A stretch of 64,000 bases of DNA from Eledone cirrhosa (GCA_964016885.1 OZ024743.1:325934001-325998000), one strand, 5' to 3'. Numbered from the stretch's first letter, positions 46,987 through 61,265 are shown. Numbers and translations are program-made. Notes: generated by a model from the letters alone, not told the origin.

Positions 46987-48925
46987 ATGAATGACTGCGA
47001 AACTATGTTAAAGCGCAGCGTATTGTTGCAAAATGCAATCAAAAGACGAAACTCATTACATGAAGAGGATGGCACCAACGATCCACATGGACACCTTACA
47101 AACAACGCTAGCAACGACATCGTTAACAACGGTAGCAACGACATCGTTAACAACGGTAGCAACGGCATCGTTAACAACGGTAGCAACGACATCGTTAACA
47201 ACGGTAGCAACGGCATCGTTAACAACGGTAGCAACGGCATCGTTAACAACGGTAGCAACGGCATCGTTAACAACGGTAGCAATGGCAATGCTAACCCCGG
47301 TAGTAATAGCAATGTTAATATTCACCACGCTGTCAACGGTAACAACAACAACGTTAACAACGCTAATAATGAATTCTCAAACTGGGTCCCCGCTCACATT
47401 GTGACCCATTCAATACATCCGGGTGTTAATATAAAAAAACCTCTCAGTCGTCTGGACTATCCAGTTCGGCACACACCCATAGGATCGATGCCTGGGAGTC
47501 ACTCAGACCTGTGGACCTTGAAAGAACAAGACGAAGTCGATGGCGAAAATGATGTCGGCGACGTCGACGACGATGATGATGATGATGATGATATTGATGA
47601 TGATATCATTAACGTAAACGGGGTGGTATGGGAGGGGATAGTAGAAGTAGAGGAAGCGAAGAAGAAGAACTTCTGTGTAGATGTTGTGAATGGAAGCGAG
47701 ACGGAGACAGTTGGAAAGACGTGTAAAAAAGGCTGGGGTGATGGTGTTTACAGAGGAGGAAAAGAGAAAGAGAATGAAGAGAATGAAGAAAAACAGAGTG
47801 GCGACGGTGGTGACAAGGAAAGCGGTGGGGAAGCTATGTTGAAAGAGGAAAGTAAAGCAGCTTGTGAGGAGAATGGGGAGAAGAGGGAGGAGTGGGAGGA
47901 AATAATAGAAGTGAGGGAAGAGGAGAAGGAGGAAAAGAAAGGGGAAGAGCAACAGACAGTGAGACCGAATTATTATTCTTCGAATGAGTATGAATTCGAG
48001 ACAGCGAGTGAGGAAATAGGTTTGCTTGAAGTTAAGGTGGAAAAGCAGTGGCGTGGTGCTAGTGCTTGTGGTCCTAAAATGCTACGTTCGGATACGACAA
48101 CTACGACATGCCATGATTCCGTACCTACAATTTTAGCTTGGCCAGATTCCTGCCGGAACCAATCGGACAGCAAAGAGTTGGGACATAAATCAAAGAAAAA
48201 CTTAGAAACAAATGCAATGCCGAAACTGCTTGAAACGAAACTCAACATAGACAATCTGTGTGACGAAACTGTACCTTTAGTTGACACGGGTACATCACAG
48301 CAACAATCTACCGACCCAGCACTTCCTTCGCCGTTGTTACCATCTCCACCCCCTCCACCAGTTACCTCTTCTGCAGCCTCTTCAAGTCCTCTGCACTCTA
48401 ATCATTCTAACCATAATCATCATCATCAGATTTTCCTTCAACAACAAAAGCAGCAACAGCAGCAGCAGCAGCAGCAGCAACAGCAACACCAACAGCAGCA
48501 ACAACAACAACAGCCGCAAAAGTCCCATGCACACTTTACATGTTCACCTCCTACCAGTCTAACTGTTTCCACAAGTTCCATTCCACCATGTACCAGAAAA
48601 AGTTCATCCGTTTCTACGTCTTCGTCTACTTCTTCGTCTTCTTCTTCTTCTCCGACGACACACTCTGCTGTCGTTGTCGAAGGCGACACAACTACAATAG
48701 GAAAGGATCCCTTCCTCACGGAAGTTCTCGATCCGAACCCCGACTTCCCAACGACAGGTCATTCTATCAACGACATTATTAAGATGTCTCTAGAGGATTA
48801 CGTCGAGCTGAAAGACGAAGAGAAGAGACGTCGCCTCTCAGTTGATGTGTTACCCATTTCTAATAAACCAAGGCAAAGTTACTCTAAGATGGTAGCACAT
48901 CAGGCGATCAATGAATCAGAAACTG
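46987..48925 (+). CDS. Large coding exon of an unidentified host gene; low-complexity, probably disordered N-terminal region (NNGSNGIV repeats, poly-D, E/K-rich, poly-P, poly-Q, S/T-rich)
   Basis: 648-codon open frame that is not dinucleotide-microsatellite derived. It ends in AACTG|GTAAGT (canonical donor at 48926, phase 1). An upstream acceptor-like TATATTGCAG ends at 46830. Confidence 0.75.
47101..47283 (+). repeat. 24-bp coding tandem repeat (about 7.5 copies) encoding NNGSN[D/G]IV
   Basis: aacaacggtagcaacg(a/g)catcgtt repeated in frame inside the large ORF. Confidence 0.9.
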
Positions 48926-49918
48926 GTAAGTGACATCCTTTTGTTGATTTGTTGTTATTGCTGTTTTCTTTTGTTCTTCTTGATGCTTTTTGTTTCTTTA
49001 TTTTTTGGTTATTTTTGTTGGTTGTTTTCCAAATATTAACATTTGTGTTAATGAATGTGTGTTTCCTTGAGTGTGTAGTATATGTGTGCATCACGTGTGG
49101 CGGTTATACATGAGTGCATGGGTATATGTACGTATATGTACAGGGTGGCCACAGCATGGCCTATTGGTTAGGGGGTTCGCTTCGCAATCATTAGGTCCCG
49201 TGCATGACATCTTGAACAAGTGTCGTTTTCCATAGCTTCAGGTGGACCCATGGCCCGAGTCGTGTCGGGCAGAAGGAAACTGTTTGTAAACCCGACGACT
49301 CTACCTGTAGTTCAAAGTGCCTTGTCACGCTCTGTGTCATACTGAACTTCCATGAGAATTACGTTAAATGTACACATGCCTGTGGAATGCTCAGCCACTT
49401 GCACGTTAATTTTACGAGCAGACTGTTCCGTTGCTCGACTAACTGGAACACTCATCGTCGAAACCGACGGAGGGAGCAGACTTCCATTCTCTATGTTTGT
49501 GCATCATATATATATGTGTGTGTGTAAGAGAGTGTGTGTGTGTGTGTGAGTGTAAAGGCGGGTAACAGTAATAATAGTAGTAATCCGGTTGGTCTATGTC
49601 AATGTAGTAGTACAACAGCTAAACGAACGACAACAATAGTATATTAAAGTATATAAAAATGCAGGCATAGCTGTGTGGTGAAGAAGTCGTAACCATATGA
49701 TTCTGGCTTCAGTCTCGTTGTGCATCACGTTGGTCAAGTGCTGTTTACTATAGCTTTGTGTTGACCGGAGACTTAAGAGTGGAATTTGGTAAGCAGAAAC
49801 TGCAAAAACCCGCAATGCATATATATATATATATATATATATATTCCACTTCCTCCAGGCGTGAACCTTATATAAATGTGCTTCTTGTGTTTTGTTTGTT
49901 TTATTTATTAACTATAGA

Positions 49919-50009
<91 letters not shown>

Positions 50010-51020
50010 CCCGGGTTGCCCCAAAACAGGTCGATAAAATAAATACCTGACTTGTACTGAGATCGATGTGATCAACTAAATCAAGACCGTGCCCCAGCAT
50101 GACCGCGGTCTAGAGAGTAAAGAATAATGTATATAACGAGGCTGAGACTGGGGAATTATGGGGACAAGAGGCTTGTGAAGCTGTAGTAATGGTTAGCTTT
50201 CATATCTAAAACGGTTTCGAAACTCGGTGTGTATGTGTGTGTGTGTGAGTGTGTGTGAGTGTGTGTGCACGCGAATGCTTTATTATGCAGTAATGCGTGT
50301 CTATATCTAGACATATCTGTGTGCATTGGATGCGAATGTGCATTCATCTTTCAAGAATTCAACAGCTATGTTTCTGTACATGCCCCCATCGTACATGTAT
50401 GTGTGTATGTATGTGTGTATGTGGGTGTATGTGTTTCTTTCTCTCTCTCTCTCTTTGTGTGTATGTGTTTGCCTGTGTGTATTCATATGGTTGTATGTGT
50501 ATGTGTGTGTGTGTGTGCTCTTAATTATGCCTTTGTATTTGAGTGCTTACATCACGTGCATATGTATATATAAATATCTGTACACAAATATATTCAAGGT
50601 CTACTTTGTTTTTCATCCTTCTGATATCGATTAAACCATCACAAATCGATAAAATTAGGACTATATTCCGAAATTTGTTCATAGTTCAGTTACTTAAACT
50701 AGTTAGAGAATTTAAAAAATAATTCAATGACTTAAATGAAAATTAGAGAACGAAGGAATGAGTGTTTGAATATTCATAACGGTATGTGAGCGCGGGAATC
50801 TAACTTGTTCAAGTATGTTTGAAACATGTGTTTTAATTTAGTTGTGTGTGTGTGGGGGGGGGGGGGGGTTGTGTCGCTGTGGATGTGAATACATCATATC
50901 TATATATATGATGTTGAAATATGTTTGCGTACACTACACGTATACATTAGCTATAATATATTTCATTATATCATAAGTGTTTTACTTTTTTTAACATGTG
51001 CTTAAACATATATATTACAT

Positions 51021-51092
<72 letters not shown>

Positions 51093-51097
51093 TTATA

Positions 51098-52366
51098 TGA
51101 CGGAGGAAATGTGGTAAGGAACTATATGGACCATAACGCACCAAAGTACTCAATACTTAGGGTAGTAGAGTGGGTAATAGGAACAAGTATGACCCCGACG
51201 GCAGAGCTCAAGCTGTTTCGACGGCTAATTCTGGACTAAATAAGAATTTTTAGCCTGGTAAATAAATAGCCGAACTTCTCAGGGGGTAATTCCTTATATG
51301 GGAAGATAGTAATTGTCAAAAGGATTGGTCAAAAATTTGTTGTAAAGACAGATGATTCTATCATGGCATTTAGTGGGAGGTAGGGGTGGCTGAACTTGCC
51401 GGTAGAACTTGCAGGGAGTGGGGGGAAACCCAGTCAAGCGTTGAAAGTGAAATCTATACAGCAGATTCTAAGGATAGTGTATCGAAGGTCGAGAAAAGTG
51501 TACTGGAGAAGGGGAGGGGGGGGAGAATAGGTAAATCGAAAGGGAGTAAACAAAAAAAACATTATAAAAATAAGGAAATAAATATATAAAAACAATTTCT
51601 GGTTACTGCTCCATCCCCACAATTACCAAATCTCTCATTGGTATTGCTAACCTATAGAAAAGTTTAATAGGTGGAGAAAAATACTAAATACGAGATTGTA
51701 GTGAAAGAATTTTATAAAGCCGGCTTTACAGGGGGTCTAACACCACTGCTATAGTTAGTTAGTAATCAGCCAATGCTATCTTCCAATGACAGGTTAATAA
51801 GTTGAGAACAAAAATATTAAAATACTACTACAAAAATACTAATACGAAATATTAATTCAGCATACTAATACAGAAATACTAATACAAGAATACAAAAATA
51901 CCACTAAGAAATTTAGAAATCACAGAAATGGAGCAGCAACCAGAAAGAAAACAATTTACTGGGGTCTAACACATCTGCTATAATGGTTTTTTTGTTTACT
52001 CCCTTTCGATTTACCTATTCTCTCCCCCCCCCCTTCTCCAGTACACTTTTCTCGACCTTCGATACACTATCCTTAGAATCTGCTGTATAGATTTCACTTT
52101 CAACGCTTGACTGGGTTTCCCCCACTCCCTGCAAGTTCTACCGGCAAGTTCAGCCACCCCTACCTCCCACTAAATGCTATGATAGAATCATCTGTCTTTA
52201 CAACAAATTTTTGACCAATCCTTTTGACAATTACTATCTTCCCATATAAGGAATTACCCCCTGAGAAGTTCGGCTATTTATTTACCAGGCTAAAAATTCT
52301 TATTTAGTCCAGAATTAGCCGTCGAAACGGCTTGAGCTCTGCTGTCGGGGTCATACTTGTTCCTAT
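51098..52366. mobile_element. Fold-back element family Z, ~390-bp arms. Shorter copies 28707-28915, 46217-46336, 32066-32152, 55085-55131
   Basis: 51177-51565 inverted to 51979-52366; ~80-nt tail at 51098-51176. Confidence 0.9.
52256..52351 (+). ncRNA. Hammerhead-like motif with non-canonical 5' core (family Z; mirror copy 51192-51287 -)
   Basis: acccc CTGAGAAGTT cggcta...tagccg tc GAAA cggc-ttgagctct-gctg TC ggggt. Confidence 0.65.
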
Positions 52367-52914
52367 ATATTTATATGTATAGTTGTATGTGTGTACAAAT
52401 ACATTATACTTATATATTTATTAATATATATATATCATAGATATAAACACATATATAAATATATGTACTTATATATAAACATATATATATATATATAAAT
52501 ATGTATACATATAAACACATATATATAATTATATATACTTACATATAAACACAAATAAAATATATATTTATATATCGACATAAATACACACACATGAGTG
52601 TACTTATATTTTGTTTTTAAATGTGTGACCTGTTTTCTTGTACGTATTCAAACATAACATACTTAGGAAGAAAGAAGGAAAAAAGAAAGAAAGAAAGGAG
52701 TCGAGCACATAAATCTACATATTTCAAGGATAAAAAAACGGAAAGGACTTCCATCGGTTTCGTCAAAGAGCGTTCCAGTAGTGTGATCAATGAACAGTCT
52801 CCTCGTGAAATTAGCGTATCAGTGACCGAACAAGCCACTAACGTGTATTTTTGGTGTAATTCTCAGCGATATTCAGCGTGACACTGTGTCAGTCAAAGTT
52901 GGCTCTTTGAATTA

Positions 52915-53078
52915 CAGGGGCTCCAAGAGAAATTTTGCAAGGCGGTACAAAACCCCTTTGGGCCCCGAGGCAGGCAAAGATTTTTCTCAAAATGGATGTT
53001 GTATGGTTGCTGTGGGGGCCTTCTTAGCTCTTGGGCCCCGGAACAATTTACCGGCTGGACCCCCTCTCATAGGCTCTG
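52915..53078. mobile_element. Small hAT-like MITE inserted in a SINE
   Basis: cagggg..gaga / tctc..ctctg ends, internal gggccc motifs, interrupts the SINE consensus gaattacag|gtata. Confidence 0.45.
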
Positions 53079-53157
53079 GGTATAGTCCATCTGACGGGCT
53101 TCCAAACAGTTTCTCTCTACCCAGTTTCGTTCACAAGGCTTTGGTCGACCCGACGTT

Positions 53158-53647
53158 ATGGTAAATGACACATTCGCAAGATACCACGCAGTTGGATCAA
53201 ATTAAAGACCTAATTATTGCAAAGTGAACATCTTAACAATTCAGCTATGCTGCCTCCACATCCACATATTACATCAAAAGCTTCCCCATTTAACATGACT
53301 ACCGCTCAAGTGCAATCAAATATATTCATTGTCTTAGTAGCTGGGTCACAACGTGACATGCAAGAGAGATTTCTCCTCGACCCTCAACTATATTTGTTTT
53401 CTGTCATTGAACTGCGGCCATGCTGGGTTACCGGTCTCGAAAAGTATCAGCAATAAAGTCGACCTGAACATAAACAGAGATGATCAGGATGTGAAGGGAT
53501 CTGATTCTGTCAACTCCTGCCGATTTATATAAATATATTTAACCGATGGACTTCTTTTTCGGGGCTATAATAGAAGATACTTACTTGCTCATGTTGGCCA
53601 CATAATAAAATCGATCGCAGAAACACAGCCATATATGTGTGTGTGTC

Positions 53648-53737
<90 letters not shown>

Positions 53738-53895
53738 TCATGTTTATATGTACGTGTGGTTTACTTATATATACATTACTTATACATATATGACTATTTT
53801 ATGTAAATATAATATTATATTTACATAAAATAGTCATATATGTATAAGTAATGTATATATAAGTAAACCACACGTACATATAAACATGAGCACAT

Positions 53896-53955
<60 letters not shown>

Positions 53956-54445
53956 GACACACACACATATATGGCTGTGTTTCTGCGATCGATTTTATTA
54001 TGTGGCCAACATGAGCAAGTAAGTATCTTCTATTATAGCCTCGAAAAAGAAGTCCATCGGTTAAATATATTTATATAAATCGGCAGGAGTTGACAGAATC
54101 AGATCCCTTCACATCCTGATCATCTCTGTTTATGTTCAGGTCGACTTTATTGCTGATACTTTTCGAGACCGGTAACCCAGCATGGCCGCAGTTCAATGAC
54201 AGAAAACAAATATAGTTGAGGGTCGAGGAGAAATCTCTCTTGCATGTCACGTTGTGACCCAGCTACTAAGACAATGAATATATTTGATTGCACTTGAGCG
54301 GTAGTCATGTTAAATGGGGAAGCTTTTGATGTAATATGTGGATGTGGAGGCAGCATAGCTGAATTGTTAAGATGTTCACTTTGCAATAATTAGGTCTTTA
54401 ATTTGATCCAACTGCGTGGTATCTTGCGAATGTGTCATTTACCAT
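53158..54445. repeat. ~1.29-kb spacerless palindrome (inverted duplication of ordinary genomic DNA)
   Basis: Arms mirror about 53813/53814 (gtaaatataat|attatatttac); an identical 79-aa spurious ORF appears on both strands. Confidence 0.9.
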
Positions 54446-54933
54446 GTGTGTGTGTGCATATATATATATATATATATAAATGTGTATGCATATATCTACA
54501 TGTATGCATGTGTCAATATGTATGTATGTATAAATGTATGCATGCATGCAACATGTGTGTATGTATGGCTTACTTTCCAAAATTTGTGAGAGGGAACCAA
54601 TTATAAATGAATGAGTTCTATCTTTTGACCGTCTGAATGACGATAGGATTTCATGAAATCCAATCGAATTCTTCAATCTTTCTTGGACATCAATACATGT
54701 CATTGTTTTGATATTACAAAAAATTATTTACTTTCTCGGTGTTGGCATGATTCGATCCAATAGACGAAATAAGATTCTTCTTCTTGTTGGTCCATAGTTC
54801 AGTCGTACTATCAGCTAAGGTTAATCTAGCTGGCTGTATTGATATATAGTGACAAAACAGGCTTTTTGACAGTTGCTTATTTAGGTCATGTACTAAATAT
54901 AATACGTATTTTATATTTATATATACAGTATAC

Positions 54934-54980
<47 letters not shown>

Positions 54981-55168
54981 GTAATATAGCATATATATAC
55001 ATATATATATAAAATGTAATATAATATATATATATATATATGTAATTATGTATGTATATATATATATATATATGAAAATGTTTAACCCCGACGGCAGAGC
55101 TCAAGCCGTTTCGACGGCTATTTCTGGACTATATATATATATATGAAATATATGTATATATATATATA

Positions 55169-55284
<116 letters not shown>

Positions 55285-55770
55285 GCACATACACACACAC
55301 GCATCAAAGAACGTATGTATTCCTTTGTATACTCCCATATGTTTCTCTTTATTATTCCCTTGAGTATCAGTATGCTTCTTTGAACATGTGTAATTTTACG
55401 CACCCGCTTTTGTATTTCGTGTGTGCGTATTGTGCGTTTGTGCGTAATTAAGAAAACGAGAGAGGAGGGTTGGGGTATTTATTCGTTTTCTAAAATGTGT
55501 GACTATTTAAGCAAAAAAAGCAAAAATGTCACACAAGAAGGCCGACTGCTTTGTTTTTAACTATTTCGCTTATACTCTCCATCCCATTCATTCATTCGTT
55601 CACTCACAAAACTCTAGCTACACCCTTCCTATCTGTCTGCCCTGTTCTGTATATCTTGTTCTGCCTGTTCCGTTCTGTATCTTATGTTTTCTTTGAAAAT
55701 AAAAGGAAGGAGGACAGAGAAAAATACATGATAGACAACTGTTCCACTGACATTGTTTTTTTGTTTTCAG

Positions 55771-55784
55771 CTCTTACTAGAAAC
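55771..55784 (+). other. Candidate microexon
   Basis: Branch-like CACTGAC, polypyrimidine tract and TTTCAG acceptor, then 14 nt, then GTAATG. Confidence 0.3.
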
Positions 55785-55994
55785 GTAATGATGTTTCATT
55801 ACAACTGGTTTTGAAATAAAACAAAAATAAAAAAAAATAAATGTTTTAGCTGCTCTGCTGCTGGTAGTGTTAATGGTAGTGGGAATTATGATATTTTAGA
55901 AAGTTCTTTTGTAAAAAGAAAAAAAAACTGGGGGGAGAGAAATAGAAAGAAAGAAAGGAAACTGAAAACGAAAGAGAAAGAGAGTGGCGGGTGA

Positions 55995-56030
<36 letters not shown>

Positions 56031-56131
56031 AACCCAAACAACATTATCTCGTTTCTTAAAATGACACACTGAAGTCAAAATTTACTCTAATGTCCTTGTA
56101 CAATATCAACCAAATGTGAATTGTTTTGCAG

Positions 56132-56163
56132 ATGTCACTGAACTCAGAGACGTCTTTACGAGG
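56132..56163 (+). other. Candidate small exon; phase-1 reading gives DVTELRDVFTR, like an EF-hand entry helix
   Basis: TTGTTTTGCAG acceptor, phase compatible with the 48926 donor; donor GTCGGG is weak. Confidence 0.3.
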
Positions 56164-56573
56164 GTCGGGAGACAATCGTGTGTTACATATAAATATATTA
56201 CATTGTTTTGGTGTTGTTGCTGTTACGGGGTTAAGGTGTTTGCTTGAGTGGTTAAGGTGGTTGGCTGACGGTTGTAAAGTCGTGACTTCGATTCCGCGCA
56301 ATACGTTGTGTAGTTGAGCAAGACACTATTTCATTCTGTTACAATTGATCAGCTGGCAAAAATGCGTTGTGGTTCTTAACCATTCAGTCGTGCTTTGTCC
56401 ACTGCAGTCAGTGGAACTACTACTAGTGCGGTTGGAAATTTCGCTTGGCAACCATATGTTTCTGGGTTCAATTATACTGTGGGGACTCAGTATCTTTTAC
56501 CATACTCTCGGGCTGACCAATACCGTATCAGTGAATTTGGTAGCCGTAAACTGTGCGGAAGTTCAGCCTATCG

Positions 56574-56674
<101 letters not shown>

Positions 56675-56681
56675 TCACACA

Positions 56682-56874
56682 CGAAGGGGTGCTGCAAGTT
56701 ACTGAAGGCTCAGTTAATTATGATTTTATTCAACATATTTCCCTCTCAGATTTACACCCTTAATGCAGCGGTCCTTCAGTTTTTCTAAGCCATGTAAAAA
56801 GAACTCGGACGGTTGGGCCTCCAACCAGGCCTCTATAGCAGCGATCAAGCCAGGAACTTTTCAGCACCCCTTCG
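56682..56874 (-). mobile_element. Mariner-derived MITE (different family)
   Basis: TIRs cgaaggggtgctg...cagcaccccttcg-TA; interior minus strand reads like a mariner C-terminus (FFLHGLEKLKDRCIKGVNLRG..YVE). Confidence 0.75.
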
Positions 56875-56924
<50 letters not shown>

Positions 56925-56969
56925 GAAGGGAAAGAGGGAGATATATATATGTGTGTTGTGTGTGTGTGT

Positions 56970-57013
<44 letters not shown>

Positions 57014-59262
57014 AGAGAGTGAAAGAGGGGAGAGTAACAGATAACTACACACACAGTGATAGGTATACTAAGGAAAAAAATAGCGCTCAACATATGTCAT
57101 AGAGATTAGATATGTGCTTTAACAGTTTGATTCAGAAATGCATTACTTGAAGTTTCACAGATTGTGAAATATCAAGCACAGCATTTCTGAATCAAATTGT
57201 TAATATGAAGCGAACTTCTTAACCATTCAACTAAACTGCACACAAAGTTACAACACGAACATGCTAGAAAAAGGTATGAACGCCATTTACTCAAATGTTT
57301 TTAATCCTCTAAGGATTTATAACGGTTGTAAAAAATGAACCAAACAACAGAATACAGCGATGGATCACTCATTCGTTGTATTTAGATCGTTCGGCAGCAC
57401 TGGCGAATGGTTAAAATGTTCGCTTCGCAATTTTTAGGACACGGTTTAGATCCTGCTGCATGGCATCTTGGGCAAGTGTCATTTACCATGGCTTCGAGTG
57501 GAATTCGTTAAGCGGAAACTGTTTGGAAGCCCGGCAGATGGACTTCTGTACCTGTAATTCAAAGGGTCAGCTACAGACCTGTCAACTCCCGTCCGACGGG
57601 GGGATGTCCAACCCACTTTGGGGTAGGTGAGAGATGTCTTCTCTTGTGAAAATGGGTATAGCTTTCATTTTGTAAAATCTTCCCATTTTGCCTCATTTCT
57701 CCCCATTTGGGGGCACCTTTTTCATGGGTTTTTAGAGGTTGGCAGGTCTACAGCTTTGTCACACATTGTCACGTTCAATCACCCTGAGAATGATGTTAAC
57801 GGTATACGTATATGTGGAATGCTCAGCCACTTACACGTTAATTTCAATAGCGGACAGGTCTGTTGATCGAACAAGTAGAATGCTCATCGTGGAAACTGAC
57901 GGAGGTTCGTCGATCGATTCAATCAGTTCGGCAGGATACCATTCTGAATTTAAATCCCATTGCAATTTCACTTTTTAAGTTTCAATAATAATAGATTTTC
58001 TATTGTAAATCAGAGGAAGGAGAGTGTCTATGTCTCCTTTCCGGGCCTTCAAGATTGGTGGGATGGAGGGAGTTAGCCTCAAACTGGAGTAAGTAATAAA
58101 TGGCCCTTAACTTCTGAAGGAATCGTCCTGATACAGGGCGTGTCTTGGGTATTTTAAATCTTATGGAACCCATCCCTCTCCAGGTCGGAACCCACCCGAT
58201 TTCTTCCAGTGAGAGAGCGGGGAAGAATTGACCCTAGTATTGGACTGGTATTTTATTTATCGACCTCGAAAGAATTAAAGACAAATTTGAACTCAGAGCG
58301 CAAGAGCCGAAAGAAATACCAATGGATTTTTTAATACGGTGCTCTAACCATTCTGCTAGGAGAGCAAATGCTTGTGTTAAACTGTGTGACTTAGTAGATT
58401 TAAATCTTAAATTTAAATCTACTAAGAAATTGACGGAGGTCCATCGATCGACTTCCACAATTCAATTGAATGTGAGACCCACATTTTTCATTGACTATTT
58501 GCTGTAATTTTTATGTAAAGATTTCTGTGGCTGGATGAATTGGAGGTTATGAAACTTACTGTAGCCAATATAATCGACTGTCCCACAGCAATTTCTGCCT
58601 TGGATCTTTCGATTGTTTGGTCAACGGAACTGCCTGCTTATGAAATTAACGTGTAAGTTTCTGTCTACCAGATTTCACTCACATGATATTCGTCTACCCA
58701 GATTTACAGTTGAAGTCACCTACGTAAGGTGCCGCGCAAAAGGTCGATCCCAGAACCCCACGTGTTTGCAAAGAAAACTTAAGAAAACAGCGATTTAGAC
58801 ATCTGTTTGTTTAGAATATTTTAGAATATTAAATCGTTACATAATTCCGACTAGAAACTTACTACATGAACTAATGAGAAAACCAGAAAGAAAAGCAATC
58901 AAAATGAAGTTTTAAGTCAGTATAGGAATGCAAAAAGTAGAAACAATTTTTGTCTAAAATTACAATCTACTGTATTAAAAAAATAAAAGAATGCGTTGGA
59001 TTATGTAGTTGTTGATAAGGCGGTGGATTGGCAGTATCGGTAACGCATCGGACAACATGCTTTGCGGTATAGAGTTATAGCCATTTACGGTCTGAGTTCA
59101 AATCCCGCCGAGATTAGCTTTGCCTTTCATCCTTACGGGGTCGATAAAATAAAGCACCTACAATGGGGTCGATTTAATCGACTTTCCCCTACCTAAAATT
59201 GGTTGGCCTTGTGCCTAAATCAGAAACCATCCTGTAGCTCTTGATAAACAAAAAGAGTGAAT

Positions 59263-59625
59263 GTGCGTGGCTCAGTGTTTAGGGTATTCAGCTCACGATC
59301 GTAAGGTCGTGAGTTTAATTCCCGGCGGTACGTTATGTCCTTGGATAAAACACTTTATTTCACCTTGCTCCAGTCTAAATCAGTTGTACCTGTAGTTGGA
59401 AGGGCCAGCCGAGTCACATACTGTGTCACGCTGACTCTCGCCGAGTCACATACTGTGTCACGCTGACTCTCGCCGAGTCACATACTGTGTCACGCTGACT
59501 CTCGCCGAGAACCGCGTTAAGGGTACACGTGTTCGTGGAATGCTAAGTCACTTGTATATTAATTTCACGAGCAGGGCGTTCCGTTGATCGAATCAGCTCA
59601 CTCGGCGTCGTAACAGGCGGAATGC
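59263..59625 (+). mobile_element. tRNA-derived SINE family B (CORE-like). Other copies ~110-445(+), 7225-7580(-), 8475-8750(+), 10285-10630(+), 49150-49475(+), 52745-53250(-), 57395-57905(+), 59760-60060(-), 63150-63470(+)
   Basis: tRNA-like head, gtgtccttgggcaagacactt core, shared tail gtggaatgctcagccacttgcacgttaatttc. Confidence 0.8.
59408..59510. repeat. 32-bp tandem triplication inside a SINE
   Basis: gccgagtcacatactgtgtcacgctgactctc x3. Confidence 0.9.
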
Positions 59626-61265
59626 CAGTATAGTATAGTATATTTTTAAAGTGTTAGGATGGTCAAGGCTGGAACGCTTTTCTTATAACACTGCTGGATC
59701 AGTGATGACTCGAAGCTAAACAAGTAAAATAACAGCTGTTTATCACAGAGGAATATTGTAATTGGGCCTCCGTCAATTACGGCGAGTATTCCAGTTAACA
59801 GCCTGCTCATGAAATTAAAGTGTAAATGGTTGAGCATACCCTTAATGTAATTGTCAGGGAGATTCAGTGTGACGTGGTGTATGACATAGCTGGCTCTTGG
59901 AATTACAAGTTCAGTCTTTCTGACGGGCTTCCAAACAGTTTCCAAACAGTTTCTGTCAAACCAATTTCTCACACAATGCATGCCCGAGATTCCACACAAT
60001 GGAATCGAACCCGGTATATAAGGGTTGCGAAGCGAACTTTTTAACCATTCGGTCATACTGTGCCCATAACGCGGTAAAATTTATATTTATAAAAATATAT
60101 CACTTTGTCAAGCATAGACATGTTTCATATAGATAAAGTGAATTCCATTAGTCATTCAGATAAATCTAATTACAATGGTGGTCCCAGTTAAGGTATTAAG
60201 GGATATTGTAGCATGTGACTAGTGCAGATAAACTAAACAGCTTTCAGTGGATTCGAGCTTTCTGTTGGGTTTTTTTTTTTTTCGTTTGTTTGTCAAATTG
60301 ATGGGAGTGTCATTCATATTCAAATAAAAAAAATTATATATATATATATATATATGGTGGCTGCCAACTCGTTTTCGAGTACGGCCACTACTTTATATCC
60401 ATGTAGGAGAACCCCTACCGATACGCTGAACGAGTGTGACTTTTTAGTCCAGCCAATCGACTTGAAAACTCTGGTACAAACACTACACTTGTGACAATAA
60501 GACACATAGGGCATTGCCTTTGGTACCATGTGACGACAAGTGCAGAGAGATCTCCAGATATAAAGCAATGCCTGTGCCGTGAAGCTTTTATAGTGAGCAA
60601 AGGGACTGCACAAAGCCAGTCCCACTCTCTTAACCAAGATGATATTTACCAAAAAGAAGAACAAGTCAACATCATTGGATACCATCGGGGTTGCAGGTGT
60701 TATATCAGAGTTTTCCTTCTCCTAGAATTCTGCCTTGACAAAGGCTAAGGGGTCATCTCTCCCGGTGATTTTGGATGGCCATTGACTCTTAAGAGCTCCT
60801 TTGCCCTTTGACAGGTTTTGTTTTTAGTCCTGCAGGATGTCCAAAGTCACTCTCCTCACCAAGAAACCTTGGTGGGGTTGCCAGTTTAGTCGCCAACGAC
60901 CCGACCATGAGACAGGTTGTACTGGGATACATGTTACCAGTAGCACCATCTGGTAACAGACATATACATATATATACATGTATATATACATGTATATATA
61001 TACATGTATATATACATGTATATTTATCATATATATATGTATATATATATATGTGTGTGTGTGTATGTATATATATATATATATGTGTGTGTGTGCATAT
61101 ATATCCATAAGAGAGAAAGAGAGAGAGAGAAAGAAAGAGAACTATGACCGTCAATTGCCTTAACATGAACGAAAACAAACTAAATTTACACACAACCCCA
61201 CCCACTAGACATATACCACACACGACATAAAGTAAACCAATCACGCCCTTATGCATATATATATA

